Source: a virus
Taxonomy: Duplodnaviria > Caudoviricetes
Length of the DNA stretch: 54,059 nt
IMG/VR virus record: IMGVR_UViG_3300033150_000652
Coordinates: 1 to 54,059 of that record
Direction: 5' to 3' (one strand)
In this document: positions 36,359 to 45,762 of the stretch, in pieces
How the letters are laid out: each line of letters starts with the position of its first letter
Position numbering within the stretch: position 1 is the first letter of the stretch
Translations under genes and position numbers: made by a program
Notes under the pieces: generated by a model
What the model saw: the letters and a program-made list of their open reading frames with translations, nothing else
Databases searched by the model: none
What the model was told of the DNA's origin: nothing

Positions 36359-38224
36359 CTACGCTCCTGTCGGGATGGCTATGCATGTAACCATCCGCGT
36401 CACTATGGTAACCGTATCCGCCGCATTATAACGTAGCCCCTGTATCTCTATCGTATGCGCTCCCGCTACCACACTGGTGAACACGCGGCAGAAAGTCATG
36501 GCGTTCCGACAATCTGCCGCTGCCTCACCTATCCATTCGGTGCTAGGGCTGTTAGTAGTATCGTCCAACATAAGGCGTAGGTTCAACGACGCGTTTCTCG
36601 CCGTATCGCTCTCCCATGCCACATAAACGATGCAGACAATATCGCTCTCTTCCTCTAGGGTAATGCTGACATCCAGATTGGGGTCATCCTGCCAATTGGG
36701 CGCGGCCCCTGTTACATTCCAATCGGTGTTCTCTATCTGGGTGGTGGTAACTACGTTGTGGGAGGTGAGAATAGAGGCAATAGTGCTGTCGTGCTGACAT
36801 CTAAACCTTTCTACCCCATCATCCTCTCTATACCAAATATCCCCATCCACAGGAGAAGCGGGGTCAGCAGAACGTCCCCTGAGATAAACATGCCCAAGAC
36901 CTGCTCCATCATGATATAGACCTACTACTGGGTTATCAAGTGTGTCGCGAATCTCCAAATTATTTTCCTGGAGATATAAATCTTCCCAAGCCGTTAGGCT
37001 ACCCTTTTTTGCTATAAACACATGGCCCGAGTTATCTCCTCCTCTAACCCACAAAGAGATATAATCTGTTCCTTCTGTTTTACCATACATAGAGATTCCC
37101 GCTGCTTCGGCGGGAGTGCTTTCTGGAGTTATAGCATCTAAGTTTACAGTAGTTACCCCATCTGCATGATGATAAGCAGAAGCCTTGAGACCTGGTATGA
37201 AATCGGCGGTAAGGTCCCCATATTTTTCAGTAGTGAGTACCAGAGTCATACCATCAGCGATACCACTTGTGTTGTCCATGGATTTGAGAATTAGTTGACT
37301 GCCAAGTGAGCCTATCTCTGATCGCATTTTCAGATACGAATCAATACTATAATCACTTTGGTTGTCGTAATATTTCATAAGGCGTCGCGTATAATCACCA
37401 TAGAAATTTATCGTCCCATCACTTGATAACAACTCAATAGTTTTTTCTCCCCCTTTCATCCCCCTAAAACTCTCCCCATCCATAATCCAGCCATTGTCAT
37501 CGGCGTTCTCCCCGCTTTTTATCGTTACCCTGTCCGCCCGCAAATCACCAGCAGTAATCATCTCTGCCCGTAGGTTGCGGATTATGTCCCTTGTACCACG
37601 CTCTAGTCCCAGTTCCAGTCGGGTTAGTCTATCTTCCAACTCTTCTATCTTTCGTATCAATTCAGGGTTCACATCTTCCTCCTCTTTTTTCTCGCCTGAT
37701 ACCACTCTGCCCCCGATGCTGGGTATCATTATATCTATGTGGTCTTCCATCCAGCGCTCTAATGCTTCTTCATCATATATCGTGTCTTCCCACAAATCGT
37801 ATACGGTGAAGCCCATCCCCTCCAGGACGGCTCGCTGGGCCTCATCTTTGGCCTCCGCCGCCAAGCCTGTGTGCCAGTATTCGCCTTGAATGCGAATGAT
37901 GACTTTGGCTTCTGGTAGGATGAAGTCCGCCACCACACCACCTAATTCCAGTCTACCGCCCATGAAACTGGATTGGAAGTCAAAGTACACGTGGCGCTTC
38001 AGCAGTTCCTTATAAACTATCCGCTCTGGTAACGTGCCAAAGACTTCGCTTTTCGGTACTGCCCTGCGCTCTAAATCTTCTTCGGGCTTAGGGATTCCTC
38101 TACGGTGTACAACAACCTCGTCATCCCATTTAATCTTCTTGGGCCGAGGTTTCGCTGGCTTCGCTGGCCGTATCTTCTTTATTTGTTGTATTTTTCTGAC
38201 GTAACGCCAGGACTTTTTTGCCAC
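36359..38224 (-). CDS. Tail fibre-like protein with N-terminal DUF559/Vsr-like domain
   Basis: PER...ADF......IRIQG.YWH...D......G..V..LWE followed by a coiled coil and a beta-rich region. Confidence 0.65.
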   Translation of the reverse strand: MAKKSWRYVRKIQQIKKIRPAKPAKPRPKKIKWDDEVVVHRRGIPKPEEDLERRAVPKSEVFGTLPERIVYKELLKRHVYFDFQSSFMGGRLELGGVVADFILPEAKVIIRIQGEYWHTGLAAEAKDEAQRAVLEGMGFTVYDLWEDTIYDEEALERWMEDHIDIMIPSIGGRVVSGEKKEEEDVNPELIRKIEELEDRLTRLELGLERGTRDIIRNLRAEMITAGDLRADRVTIKSGENADDNGWIMDGESFRGMKGGEKTIELLSSDGTINFYGDYTRRLMKYYDNQSDYSIDSYLKMRSEIGSLGSQLILKSMDNTSGIADGMTLVLTTEKYGDLTADFIPGLKASAYHHADGVTTVNLDAITPESTPAEAAGISMYGKTEGTDYISLWVRGGDNSGHVFIAKKGSLTAWEDLYLQENNLEIRDTLDNPVVGLYHDGAGLGHVYLRGRSADPASPVDGDIWYREDDGVERFRCQHDSTIASILTSHNVVTTTQIENTDWNVTGAAPNWQDDPNLDVSITLEEESDIVCIVYVAWESDTARNASLNLRLMLDDTTNSPSTEWIGEAAADCRNAMTFCRVFTSVVAGAHTIEIQGLRYNAADTVTIVTRMVTCIAIPTGA

Positions 38225-40941
38225 TAAACCTCCACTAAAGTGATTTGCACTTGCGTCTCCAGCGCCTCACCACCACCAGGTTTGTGCTCTCTGCCGATAA
38301 CCTGTAATGAAGATAGATAGACAGTATGTGAATCTCCCCAGGGGTCATAAAACGTAATGGGAGCAGTTGAATCTCTCGCTGTTCTAAGAGCGGCTAGTTT
38401 TGCCTTTCCCGTTATTGAATCCCGCCGTCCATCTAAAGTCTTTTCCTCTTCGGCGCAAGTTACAATCAATCGCCACCCCCAGGTCGTTACGGGACGCAAC
38501 ATGTATTTCACAGAAAAAGCCTCTAAAACGGGGGAGGTGCTAGAGTCAGTAGTCTGCAAGTTAAACCGCAATTGAATCTGTTTTCCCGTAGTGTCGGAGG
38601 GGAAATATAGCGTTTGAACGGGAGATTGGTCTACCGTGTTATCCCCCGTTCCACCCGCATCGGTTAAATCCGTCTTCCATGCTCCCCCATCCAGTGAATA
38701 TTCTACGCTAATAGTCCTTGTCCCCGCTGCTAGATAATTCGTCCGCAGGGTAACGCTCTTGAAACATTTATCAATTTCCTGTAAGCCCCCGTCGAATTTG
38801 GAGGTATACAGATAATGATCGCCAGAAGTCTCGTAATAGTCATAGGGCAAATCATTGAGGGCCTGCAACCTTATCTCCGCCGTTACAGGGGAATTGGTTG
38901 CTCTGGTGTAGTTAAACCACAGCGCATCATGGTCTACGCTGGAGTAATTCATCGTGTTAACTTGATACGGCGAATCGGCAAGAGAGCAAATCCTATGCCA
39001 CCCCACGCCGTCATAGGCCAGCAAGTTATCATGTGCACTTGCCTCATTATCTTCTGCAATGACATAGAGGAATTTGCCACGAGGGGTAAGACATCTGAAG
39101 TTGCCATAGGCCCTATAGGGGAAGGTTTCCACGTATCTTGGCGGGGTTACATCCTGTAGTGTAGACCCCGTGTAGCGATACAGTCTATTGCGCACATTGA
39201 AATATAATGCTCCCCGCCAGACGCACATAGTCTGGAAGTTAATACTGTGTCGCTCACGAGAGAAGTCCTGTACCTGGTAAGCCAGTTTATCATTGCTGAC
39301 TACCCACAGCCCATCTTCTCTAGCCACATACAAGTTATTGTTGTACGAAATCATATTGACGATGGGAATCTGCCCAGGGCCAACTTCTATTACGTCTATA
39401 TCGTCATTACCCCCGCCCTCCAAATCAGAGCCATCGGGTTCGGAGGCATAGTGCAGATATGAAGTCCCATCCTCGGCGGCCCAGAGGTAACCGCCATGAA
39501 TACAGAGTACCCGTATATCATTCGGAGGATTATCGGCCTTCCCCATGTAACTGGGCTTGCCATTGGTATCTATTTTATGCATACGAGCCTCGTTGATGGC
39601 GACAAAGAGGTAATCCCCCGTAGATACTGCATCATAACATGTGCCCGTCTTCAACGCTGTGGCAATGAAATCCCAACGGCTTCCCAATACGTGGCCCGTC
39701 GTAGCCCCAAAGGTGATAGTTACGCCATTGTTTAACGTTTGGGCATCACCCGTAATTGCCACCCCCGTTGCATCCCAAGTCGCCCCGCCATCATCGCTCC
39801 ACTTAAAGGTGTCAGGAGTGCCCGTTCCATCTATCTCTACCCGATAGTTTATCCGCCCTCTCCCCGTAAATGTCCCCCCAATTGTCAAATCATCTAGGTC
39901 ATTCGGATGGGAGAAATCAATCTCGCTAACATCATCAATATAGGCGGCCTTAGCCTTGATACGCCAATAGTCTCCCTTGGTATGGCCCGTGCGACTATCG
40001 AATGTAACGTCTACGCCATAATCATTACCATTAGGCGTTAAGTCCTGTGCCGTTCCTGGCGTGATGGGTGTCCCCGTATCATCCCAAGTTACACCATCGT
40101 CATCGGATACTTTGAACGTATCCGTCTCTCCTGTTCCATCTATCTCCACCCGATAGATAATATCGCCAGTGTGAGTAAACGTTCCGCTAGCAGTTAGGTC
40201 ATCAGGGCCTGTGCCGTGGAATTCGGCTTCAACTATCTCTGAGGCATGAGCGGTAAATTCCCATCTATCCCCTACGGCGTGCCCCGTAGTATTAGCAAAG
40301 GTAATCTCCACGCCATTGTTCAATGTCTGAGCCGACCCTGTAATCGCCACGCCCGTAGCATCCCAGGTAGAGCCACCATCGTCTGACCATTTGAAAGTAT
40401 CAGGAGAACCCGCCCCATCTATCTCTACTACGTAGTCCAGGTCGCTTGTCCCCGTGTATGTTCCGCTAGTGCTGAGGTCATTCAGGCCCGCCGATGTAAA
40501 GGTTAAGTCCCCAATGTAGCTCAGGTCAGCCCAACTGGAGCCATCCCATACTCTAACCCCCGAATTGCCATCCTGTAGGGCGTAGAGTTTATCATTGAAA
40601 TCCACAAATTTGATAACACTTTCGCCCGTTTCCCCATTGGTCGTATCAATGGCCGTGGCAAGTATGGCAATACCATTGTGGCGGGTATCTACGTAGTTCC
40701 CGCTTCTGGCATAGCCCCATTCGTCCGTGAAGTAGGGGAAACCAAACCCGTGTTGCCAATCATCTTGGGCCCAGACTTGCCACAAAGTGAAATCGGAATA
40801 AGTTATTTGCCCAGAGGATACACGAGGGGCAAAGTCGGATATGTCCACTTGCCTAAAGGCTTGAGGACTTACTAGGTTAAATCCATAATCTGTACCGTTT
40901 ATGGTTAGAACAATGTCGTGAGTCTTACCTGCTGTTGGCAT
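38224..40941 (-). CDS. Tail nozzle/stabilisation-type protein with three internal repeats
   Basis: 905 aa, beta-rich, after the adaptor; triple DTFKxSDDG repeat. Confidence 0.65.
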   Translation of the reverse strand: MPTAGKTHDIVLTINGTDYGFNLVSPQAFRQVDISDFAPRVSSGQITYSDFTLWQVWAQDDWQHGFGFPYFTDEWGYARSGNYVDTRHNGIAILATAIDTTNGETGESVIKFVDFNDKLYALQDGNSGVRVWDGSSWADLSYIGDLTFTSAGLNDLSTSGTYTGTSDLDYVVEIDGAGSPDTFKWSDDGGSTWDATGVAITGSAQTLNNGVEITFANTTGHAVGDRWEFTAHASEIVEAEFHGTGPDDLTASGTFTHTGDIIYRVEIDGTGETDTFKVSDDDGVTWDDTGTPITPGTAQDLTPNGNDYGVDVTFDSRTGHTKGDYWRIKAKAAYIDDVSEIDFSHPNDLDDLTIGGTFTGRGRINYRVEIDGTGTPDTFKWSDDGGATWDATGVAITGDAQTLNNGVTITFGATTGHVLGSRWDFIATALKTGTCYDAVSTGDYLFVAINEARMHKIDTNGKPSYMGKADNPPNDIRVLCIHGGYLWAAEDGTSYLHYASEPDGSDLEGGGNDDIDVIEVGPGQIPIVNMISYNNNLYVAREDGLWVVSNDKLAYQVQDFSRERHSINFQTMCVWRGALYFNVRNRLYRYTGSTLQDVTPPRYVETFPYRAYGNFRCLTPRGKFLYVIAEDNEASAHDNLLAYDGVGWHRICSLADSPYQVNTMNYSSVDHDALWFNYTRATNSPVTAEIRLQALNDLPYDYYETSGDHYLYTSKFDGGLQEIDKCFKSVTLRTNYLAAGTRTISVEYSLDGGAWKTDLTDAGGTGDNTVDQSPVQTLYFPSDTTGKQIQLRFNLQTTDSSTSPVLEAFSVKYMLRPVTTWGWRLIVTCAEEEKTLDGRRDSITGKAKLAALRTARDSTAPITFYDPWGDSHTVYLSSLQVIGREHKPGGGEALETQVQITLVEV

Positions 40942-40942
40942 A

Positions 40943-42034
40943 TCACCACCCTAAAGGATTTTCTGATGAAGAATAACGTCGGCCTTTCTCTGGATGATGT
41001 ACCGTTCCAGGGATATGTTTATCCCTATATTTCACGATGTACTCATTAGCCATCTGCTCATTGTATTGCATGAGCCAACGATAAGTATCCACCGTGTGCT
41101 CTGGCGCCTCTACCATCATCATCCGATATAATTCGGCCATAGCCTTTAACATGATGTATTCCATCGGCGCATTGGTAGTGTCCGTAATCGCCGATAAGGT
41201 GTCATGCTCTTTTTCGTAAACCAGTTTGATGGTCATGCCCGATAAGTAGTAATGATTCAAACGCAGGTATTGAGTGCCCGCTTCTTCTTCCACTCGCCAG
41301 TCATAAATCTGCACCCAGGCGTATTCATCGCCTACGTCCTTAATGACATACTCGGTATCACCATCTACGGGATTGGTCGTCCAGGCGCTACTTACGGTAA
41401 TGGTATCCGATGTGTTGCTAGATATGGTGCGTTGCTGGCCCTTTCCCGTCCCATCCACCAGCGCAATCTTGTATCCATCATCGAATTCATTAACCGTCCA
41501 CGACTGATCTGTATCCTGCAAAGTAGTATCGCTTTGCGTCCCATTGGCCGTTCCCGATGAGGATTTTGATACGTTTTCAATGTATACCTGCGCTAGACGC
41601 TTAACGCCAGATGGTAACGTGTATTTCAAGGTATCATCACATACTACTAGGGTGTCCTCATCTACCTTTTTTTCAAAAAAGTAGGGCCAACATGACCTGA
41701 TGGCAGCGTTGATCGCCCGCTTGTATTCCTCGAACCTAAACCGCTTGAACAGCCAGTAGGTATCACCACTTTCCACGGCAGCACTAAAGGCAGGGGCCAC
41801 AGTCAAGGTATCACTGGAAGCGGTAAAGTCGGTTACTTTGCGTTCTTCCCCCTGGGGAGCATTGCCATCAGTAGTAGTACGTATATAGACCCAGGATTCG
41901 TTCCAGTAATCGTCTGCCTCAGTACGATTCGTGGTGTCTACTACTGTGGTTGTCGAGCCCCCCGTAGCCGTTTGCTCTTCAAAGTCCCGCATACGGCGGG
42001 CAAGTTCTTCTACCAGTGTAGCAAGGGTAGCCAT
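40943..42034 (-). CDS. Head-tail adaptor-like protein
   Basis: TLATL..EL, AINAAI, Y.LP pattern; two inserted copies of a beta domain. Confidence 0.65.
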   Translation of the reverse strand: MATLATLVEELARRMRDFEEQTATGGSTTTVVDTTNRTEADDYWNESWVYIRTTTDGNAPQGEERKVTDFTASSDTLTVAPAFSAAVESGDTYWLFKRFRFEEYKRAINAAIRSCWPYFFEKKVDEDTLVVCDDTLKYTLPSGVKRLAQVYIENVSKSSSGTANGTQSDTTLQDTDQSWTVNEFDDGYKIALVDGTGKGQQRTISSNTSDTITVSSAWTTNPVDGDTEYVIKDVGDEYAWVQIYDWRVEEEAGTQYLRLNHYYLSGMTIKLVYEKEHDTLSAITDTTNAPMEYIMLKAMAELYRMMMVEAPEHTVDTYRWLMQYNEQMANEYIVKYRDKHIPGTVHHPEKGRRYSSSENPLGW

Positions 42035-42411
42035 TAGTACGCTCCTAGGATATGTGCCGAAATAGAGCCAGTTGTGGGTGCAGTGTTACATTCGATGTTC
42101 ACCCGCACAAAGGGGAAGTAGGCGATGCTGGATACTAGGATATAGGCCGTGCCACTAGGCGCAGCATTGGCACTCAGTCCGCTTACGTCCATAACGCCAT
42201 TGCCGTCAATATCCCACGCGCCCTGGGCCTTAACGACGGCGGTATGATTCAAATCGTTATCCACCATCACCCCTAAGACCCGATTCCCCCTCACATCCAG
42301 CCAACTGGAGTTGTGGGCAGCCGTATCCCTTATCGCTTCTGCACTGAAGGCAGCGGTGTCGAAATAACCTGCCCTCACCCTTGCCCATTGGTTCTCTAGT
42401 TTTACGGTCAT
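42034..42411 (-). CDS. Putative structural protein
   Basis: Beta-rich; SD GGAGG; in the structural operon. Confidence 0.6.
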   Translation of the reverse strand: MTVKLENQWARVRAGYFDTAAFSAEAIRDTAAHNSSWLDVRGNRVLGVMVDNDLNHTAVVKAQGAWDIDGNGVMDVSGLSANAAPSGTAYILVSSIAYFPFVRVNIECNTAPTTGSISAHILGAY

Positions 42412-42420
42412 ATTACCTCC

Positions 42421-43194
42421 TTACTTTACTGGAATAATTAAATCCACATCCATCTCACCAGCGCCGAATTTGGGACTACTCGTGCCGTATTTGCGGTCTA
42501 TCTCCTGCATTTGCTTCTGCACTACTATATCCTCTTGCATGGCTGACAGTACACCCTTGCGCTCCATTGCCTCTTGGCGTCCTAGCGCTCGCAGTTCTAG
42601 TTCCTTTGCAATACTCTCTGGGACTTCGCAAACCACACCCTTGGGAATCGTTACTCTTACTCCCTGATAAGTAAAGTTTTCCCCCGTGGGACTCATATAG
42701 CGCACTTTGCGTTCGCTCTTCAATCTAGCAAGTGTCATCTGCGCTGCTGCCCTGACGTTCAACGCAGCGTTCTTAACGTCTCTGGCAGCCTTAGCCTTGG
42801 CTTTGGCTTTAACGGTGGGGTCTATGCTGTCTAGCCTGTTCCAAATCTCCCTAATTTGGTTGTTCAACGCAGCATCACGGGCTTCTCGTTTCTTCTGCTC
42901 CCGCTCATAGTGCTCCTGCAGTTTCCATATCTGCTCGTTAGTAGCCTGGATGACACGCCCCAACTCTTCCTCTAGCATAGGCTTAAGCAGGAGCACAAAC
43001 TGGAGCATCTGATTATCCGTAGCGGTCGCATACTGCTCCGCCATCGCCTTAAGTGCCTCTGGCTTGTCCACCGTAATGGTGGAACGAGGCTCTTTGGGTT
43101 TATCTGCTAAATCCTTATGCTGCCAGCAATAATCCCCGTGTGTAGCGTTCCTATTACACTGTGTGCCATCAGCCTTAATCGCTTTGCATCTCAT
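42421..43194 (-). CDS. C3H zinc-finger plus coiled-coil protein
   Basis: CKA.K.DG.QC...A..GDYCWQH. Confidence 0.65.
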   Translation of the reverse strand: MRCKAIKADGTQCNRNATHGDYCWQHKDLADKPKEPRSTITVDKPEALKAMAEQYATATDNQMLQFVLLLKPMLEEELGRVIQATNEQIWKLQEHYEREQKKREARDAALNNQIREIWNRLDSIDPTVKAKAKAKAARDVKNAALNVRAAAQMTLARLKSERKVRYMSPTGENFTYQGVRVTIPKGVVCEVPESIAKELELRALGRQEAMERKGVLSAMQEDIVVQKQMQEIDRKYGTSSPKFGAGEMDVDLIIPVK

Positions 43195-44032
43195 CTGTTA
43201 ATCCTCCCCATATTTCCTGATGTTTCTTGGCCCAGTTATCCCATGTGAAGTCCGTTAAATCCCTGCGCGGGCCATGTTCTTCAACTAATGCCTCCAATGT
43301 GCCGATTAAATCCTCTGTAGTCCAATACTCAGCACAACCGAAATCCTTAGCAAATCCTATAGGTCTGCTTATGATAGGCACCCCGCATGCTAACGCTTCC
43401 AAAACCCCATGTGGCCCACCCTCGGCATAGGCAAGGCTCAGGTAGTAATCAAACTCCTGTATGTATCGAGGATAGTCCTCGTGCCTTGCTTCGGGCACAT
43501 AGGTTACCCTCACTCCATTTAAGGCCAGTGCGCCGACTATATGATCCCAGCCTGGCCCCACTATAATGAAGTGAAAGGGGCTTAAGTCCATGCGCCAGGA
43601 TAGTTCTATCAGGGTGTATTCACCCTTTCGCCCATTCACATAGGGCCTGCCCGTCAGTCCTATCCGAATGGGCCTGGGTTTAAACATCTTATCAATACCA
43701 GGATACACAACTGTTATCTTTTCTCCTGGTATCCCCAGTTCTATCAGGACATCCTTACTATGCCGAGAGGGGCACATAATGTGTACACATTTACCACATG
43801 CTGCGCGTGCTTTGTCCCCCCAATCTACATTGAGGTGCGTAAACCACATGGTAGCCACCGTAGGCGGGTCGTTATCTATTAGCGGATGCCAGAACAGGTA
43901 ATGGTTAATATCGGCTTCAGGGTCTGGCTTGGTATCTATGGTGATATTGTCCACCCGTTTGGCTATCTCACGAGCATATCGGTCTAGAATCCAGCCCTTT
44001 TCGTTGATGATAATATTAACTTTTGGCATCAC
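43175..44032 (-). CDS. Glycosyltransferase, GT-B/GT4-like
   Basis: VVYPGID, RKG, EGGPHGVLEALACGVPII. Confidence 0.88.
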   Translation of the reverse strand: MMPKVNIIINEKGWILDRYAREIAKRVDNITIDTKPDPEADINHYLFWHPLIDNDPPTVATMWFTHLNVDWGDKARAACGKCVHIMCPSRHSKDVLIELGIPGEKITVVYPGIDKMFKPRPIRIGLTGRPYVNGRKGEYTLIELSWRMDLSPFHFIIVGPGWDHIVGALALNGVRVTYVPEARHEDYPRYIQEFDYYLSLAYAEGGPHGVLEALACGVPIISRPIGFAKDFGCAEYWTTEDLIGTLEALVEEHGPRRDLTDFTWDNWAKKHQEIWGGLTDEMQSD

Positions 44033-44906
44033 CCACCTCGGCTAGGATTTCCCTCAATTCCTGGATAGCCCCAGCCTCATTGTCACCCTGCCTGCGTAGG
44101 CTTTCTATCTGTTGTTCGATGGTCTTTTGCTGTTCCAGGAGTTTTTTGATTTTTAATTTGATGCCCTCTAACTGCTTCTCGTGTCCTCGTAGTCTTAGTT
44201 CCAAATTCTTTTTGTCCATTTTACCTCCCCTCAGTTTCCATACTTCAAAGAAATATCTTGCCAATGCAATATCCGCTCTCTGCTTCCGATAATGCTCAAA
44301 GCCTATCGGGATGTGCAGAAAGTGTCCACACCTTAAACCACAATCCATCCAGATGTCTATGCCCGCTTTCCGCACGTAGTAACAGAACCTCAAGTCAGCC
44401 CCAATTCTTTTCTGCCCATGCCAGGCTTCGGGCATAGCGCCGTCCATTACGAATGGTGCATCCCCAATGAGTGGCTTCACCGCCTCAAATACCGAACGGT
44501 GCACCAGGAAACAGCCCCAACCTGTAGCCCCTACTTTGATTAGCCCTTCGTCAGGGAAATCTATAAGAGGAAGCATAGGCCAGTTGAAATCGGGGTCATT
44601 CTCATATGCGATGGGAAAGCAAGGATTGAGTTGTCGGCGGAAGTATAATCCGCTTATCGCTTGTTTCTTATGTGAGAGCAATCTCTCTAGTGTATCGGGA
44701 GGGAATTGCATGTCCCCATCCAGATACAGGATGTAATCGTGTTTGCTCTGCAGAAATTGTTCCGTTAGTTGTTGTCTGGATATATCTCCCCTGGAGGAAT
44801 GGCGTAGCATTATCTGGTCTTCGTTGCTTCGACGGATGTTGACAATGCTGGTATATGCCTCCATGTTGGTTATAACCGCTGTCGCTATGCCGATGAAAAC
44901 GCTCAT
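44016..44906 (-). CDS. Glycosyltransferase, GT-A/GT2-like, with C-terminal coiled coil
   Basis: YILYLDGDM (DxD), LERLL, GWGCFLVHRSVFE, GADLRFC. Confidence 0.85.
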   Translation of the reverse strand: MSVFIGIATAVITNMEAYTSIVNIRRSNEDQIMLRHSSRGDISRQQLTEQFLQSKHDYILYLDGDMQFPPDTLERLLSHKKQAISGLYFRRQLNPCFPIAYENDPDFNWPMLPLIDFPDEGLIKVGATGWGCFLVHRSVFEAVKPLIGDAPFVMDGAMPEAWHGQKRIGADLRFCYYVRKAGIDIWMDCGLRCGHFLHIPIGFEHYRKQRADIALARYFFEVWKLRGGKMDKKNLELRLRGHEKQLEGIKLKIKKLLEQQKTIEQQIESLRRQGDNEAGAIQELREILAEVGDAKS

Positions 44907-44920
44907 TAAACCTCTCCATA

Positions 44921-44945
44921 GGAGGGGGGAGTTGCCTCCCCCCTC
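44921..44945 (-). terminator. Strong hairpin after the capsid-associated genes
   Basis: GAGGGGGGAG-GCAA-CUCCCCCCUC; no clear U tract. Confidence 0.45.
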
Positions 44946-44951
44946 TAGTTT

Positions 44952-45359
44952 CTAGGCAAACACACTCGTCATTGTCAGTTTATGCCACATGGTGCTGGCC
45001 GTTGATAGTGATGTGGCGTTGTATTTGATGTACAGGTCGCTACCAGACTTGACGATTTTGAAGCCCCAGTTCTGGGTCACACTAGCATCAGTACCCTCCA
45101 GCGCTTTGATTTCCATGTTGGCCAGTACGTTAAACTGGTCAGCACTGTAATCCCACTGGATGTACTTGGTTGCCGTACTCCCGTAGAAGTAGGCATCCCC
45201 CGTAGGCGCGGTGTTCGCCGTGCCATGAGAGAATTTTCCCTTCACCGTCATGGTAGTGTTCAGTTCATCATATACATTGTCCAGCCAATCACATATCACA
45301 TCGGCAGCCTGACGACCCTGACGGGCGACGTTGCTAACCTTTGCGCTAACTCCCATCAT
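44952..45359 (-). CDS. Putative capsid-associated protein
   Basis: SD GGAGG; downstream of the capsid gene. Confidence 0.6.
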   Translation of the reverse strand: MMGVSAKVSNVARQGRQAADVICDWLDNVYDELNTTMTVKGKFSHGTANTAPTGDAYFYGSTATKYIQWDYSADQFNVLANMEIKALEGTDASVTQNWGFKIVKSGSDLYIKYNATSLSTASTMWHKLTMTSVFA

Positions 45360-45368
45360 GCACCTCCC

Positions 45369-45752
45369 TTATTCGCCAATGGCGAGCAAGGAGACGATGA
45401 TGTTCCCCACCGTAGTACCAGTAGAGTAAATCTGGTCAAGGTTGAAATGTATGATGTCGCCCGCATCGGCGGTGTTGTAGTGCATGTCCGCTCCAGATAC
45501 GGTGGCCGTAGCCGCGACGGTGCTCACTGCCACCGTAACCGTCGCTGCTGTCCAGCAATCTGAACCCGCAATCTCCATCATCACTTGCGAAGCCGTGGTA
45601 ACCGCTGTGGTTGACGGCTTGGCATAAATGGATAGATGGTCAATGCGGAGACTGCAAGGCGCAACGAACCCCGCAAGGTCATCACCTTCACTGGCACCCA
45701 GGTCAAACGTCCAGAGCAACGGTTTGCCTACATAATCATATGTTGCAGCCAT
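45369..45752 (-). CDS. Putative capsid decoration protein
   Basis: Small beta-rich A/T/V protein immediately after the capsid gene. Confidence 0.6.
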   Translation of the reverse strand: MAATYDYVGKPLLWTFDLGASEGDDLAGFVAPCSLRIDHLSIYAKPSTTAVTTASQVMMEIAGSDCWTAATVTVAVSTVAATATVSGADMHYNTADAGDIIHFNLDQIYSTGTTVGNIIVSLLAIGE

Positions 45753-45762
45753 TCTATCCTCC

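Noticed and set aside
36359-37600. Diversity-generating retroelement target in the tail fibre
   Set aside because: No reverse transcriptase and no template/variable repeat pair seen
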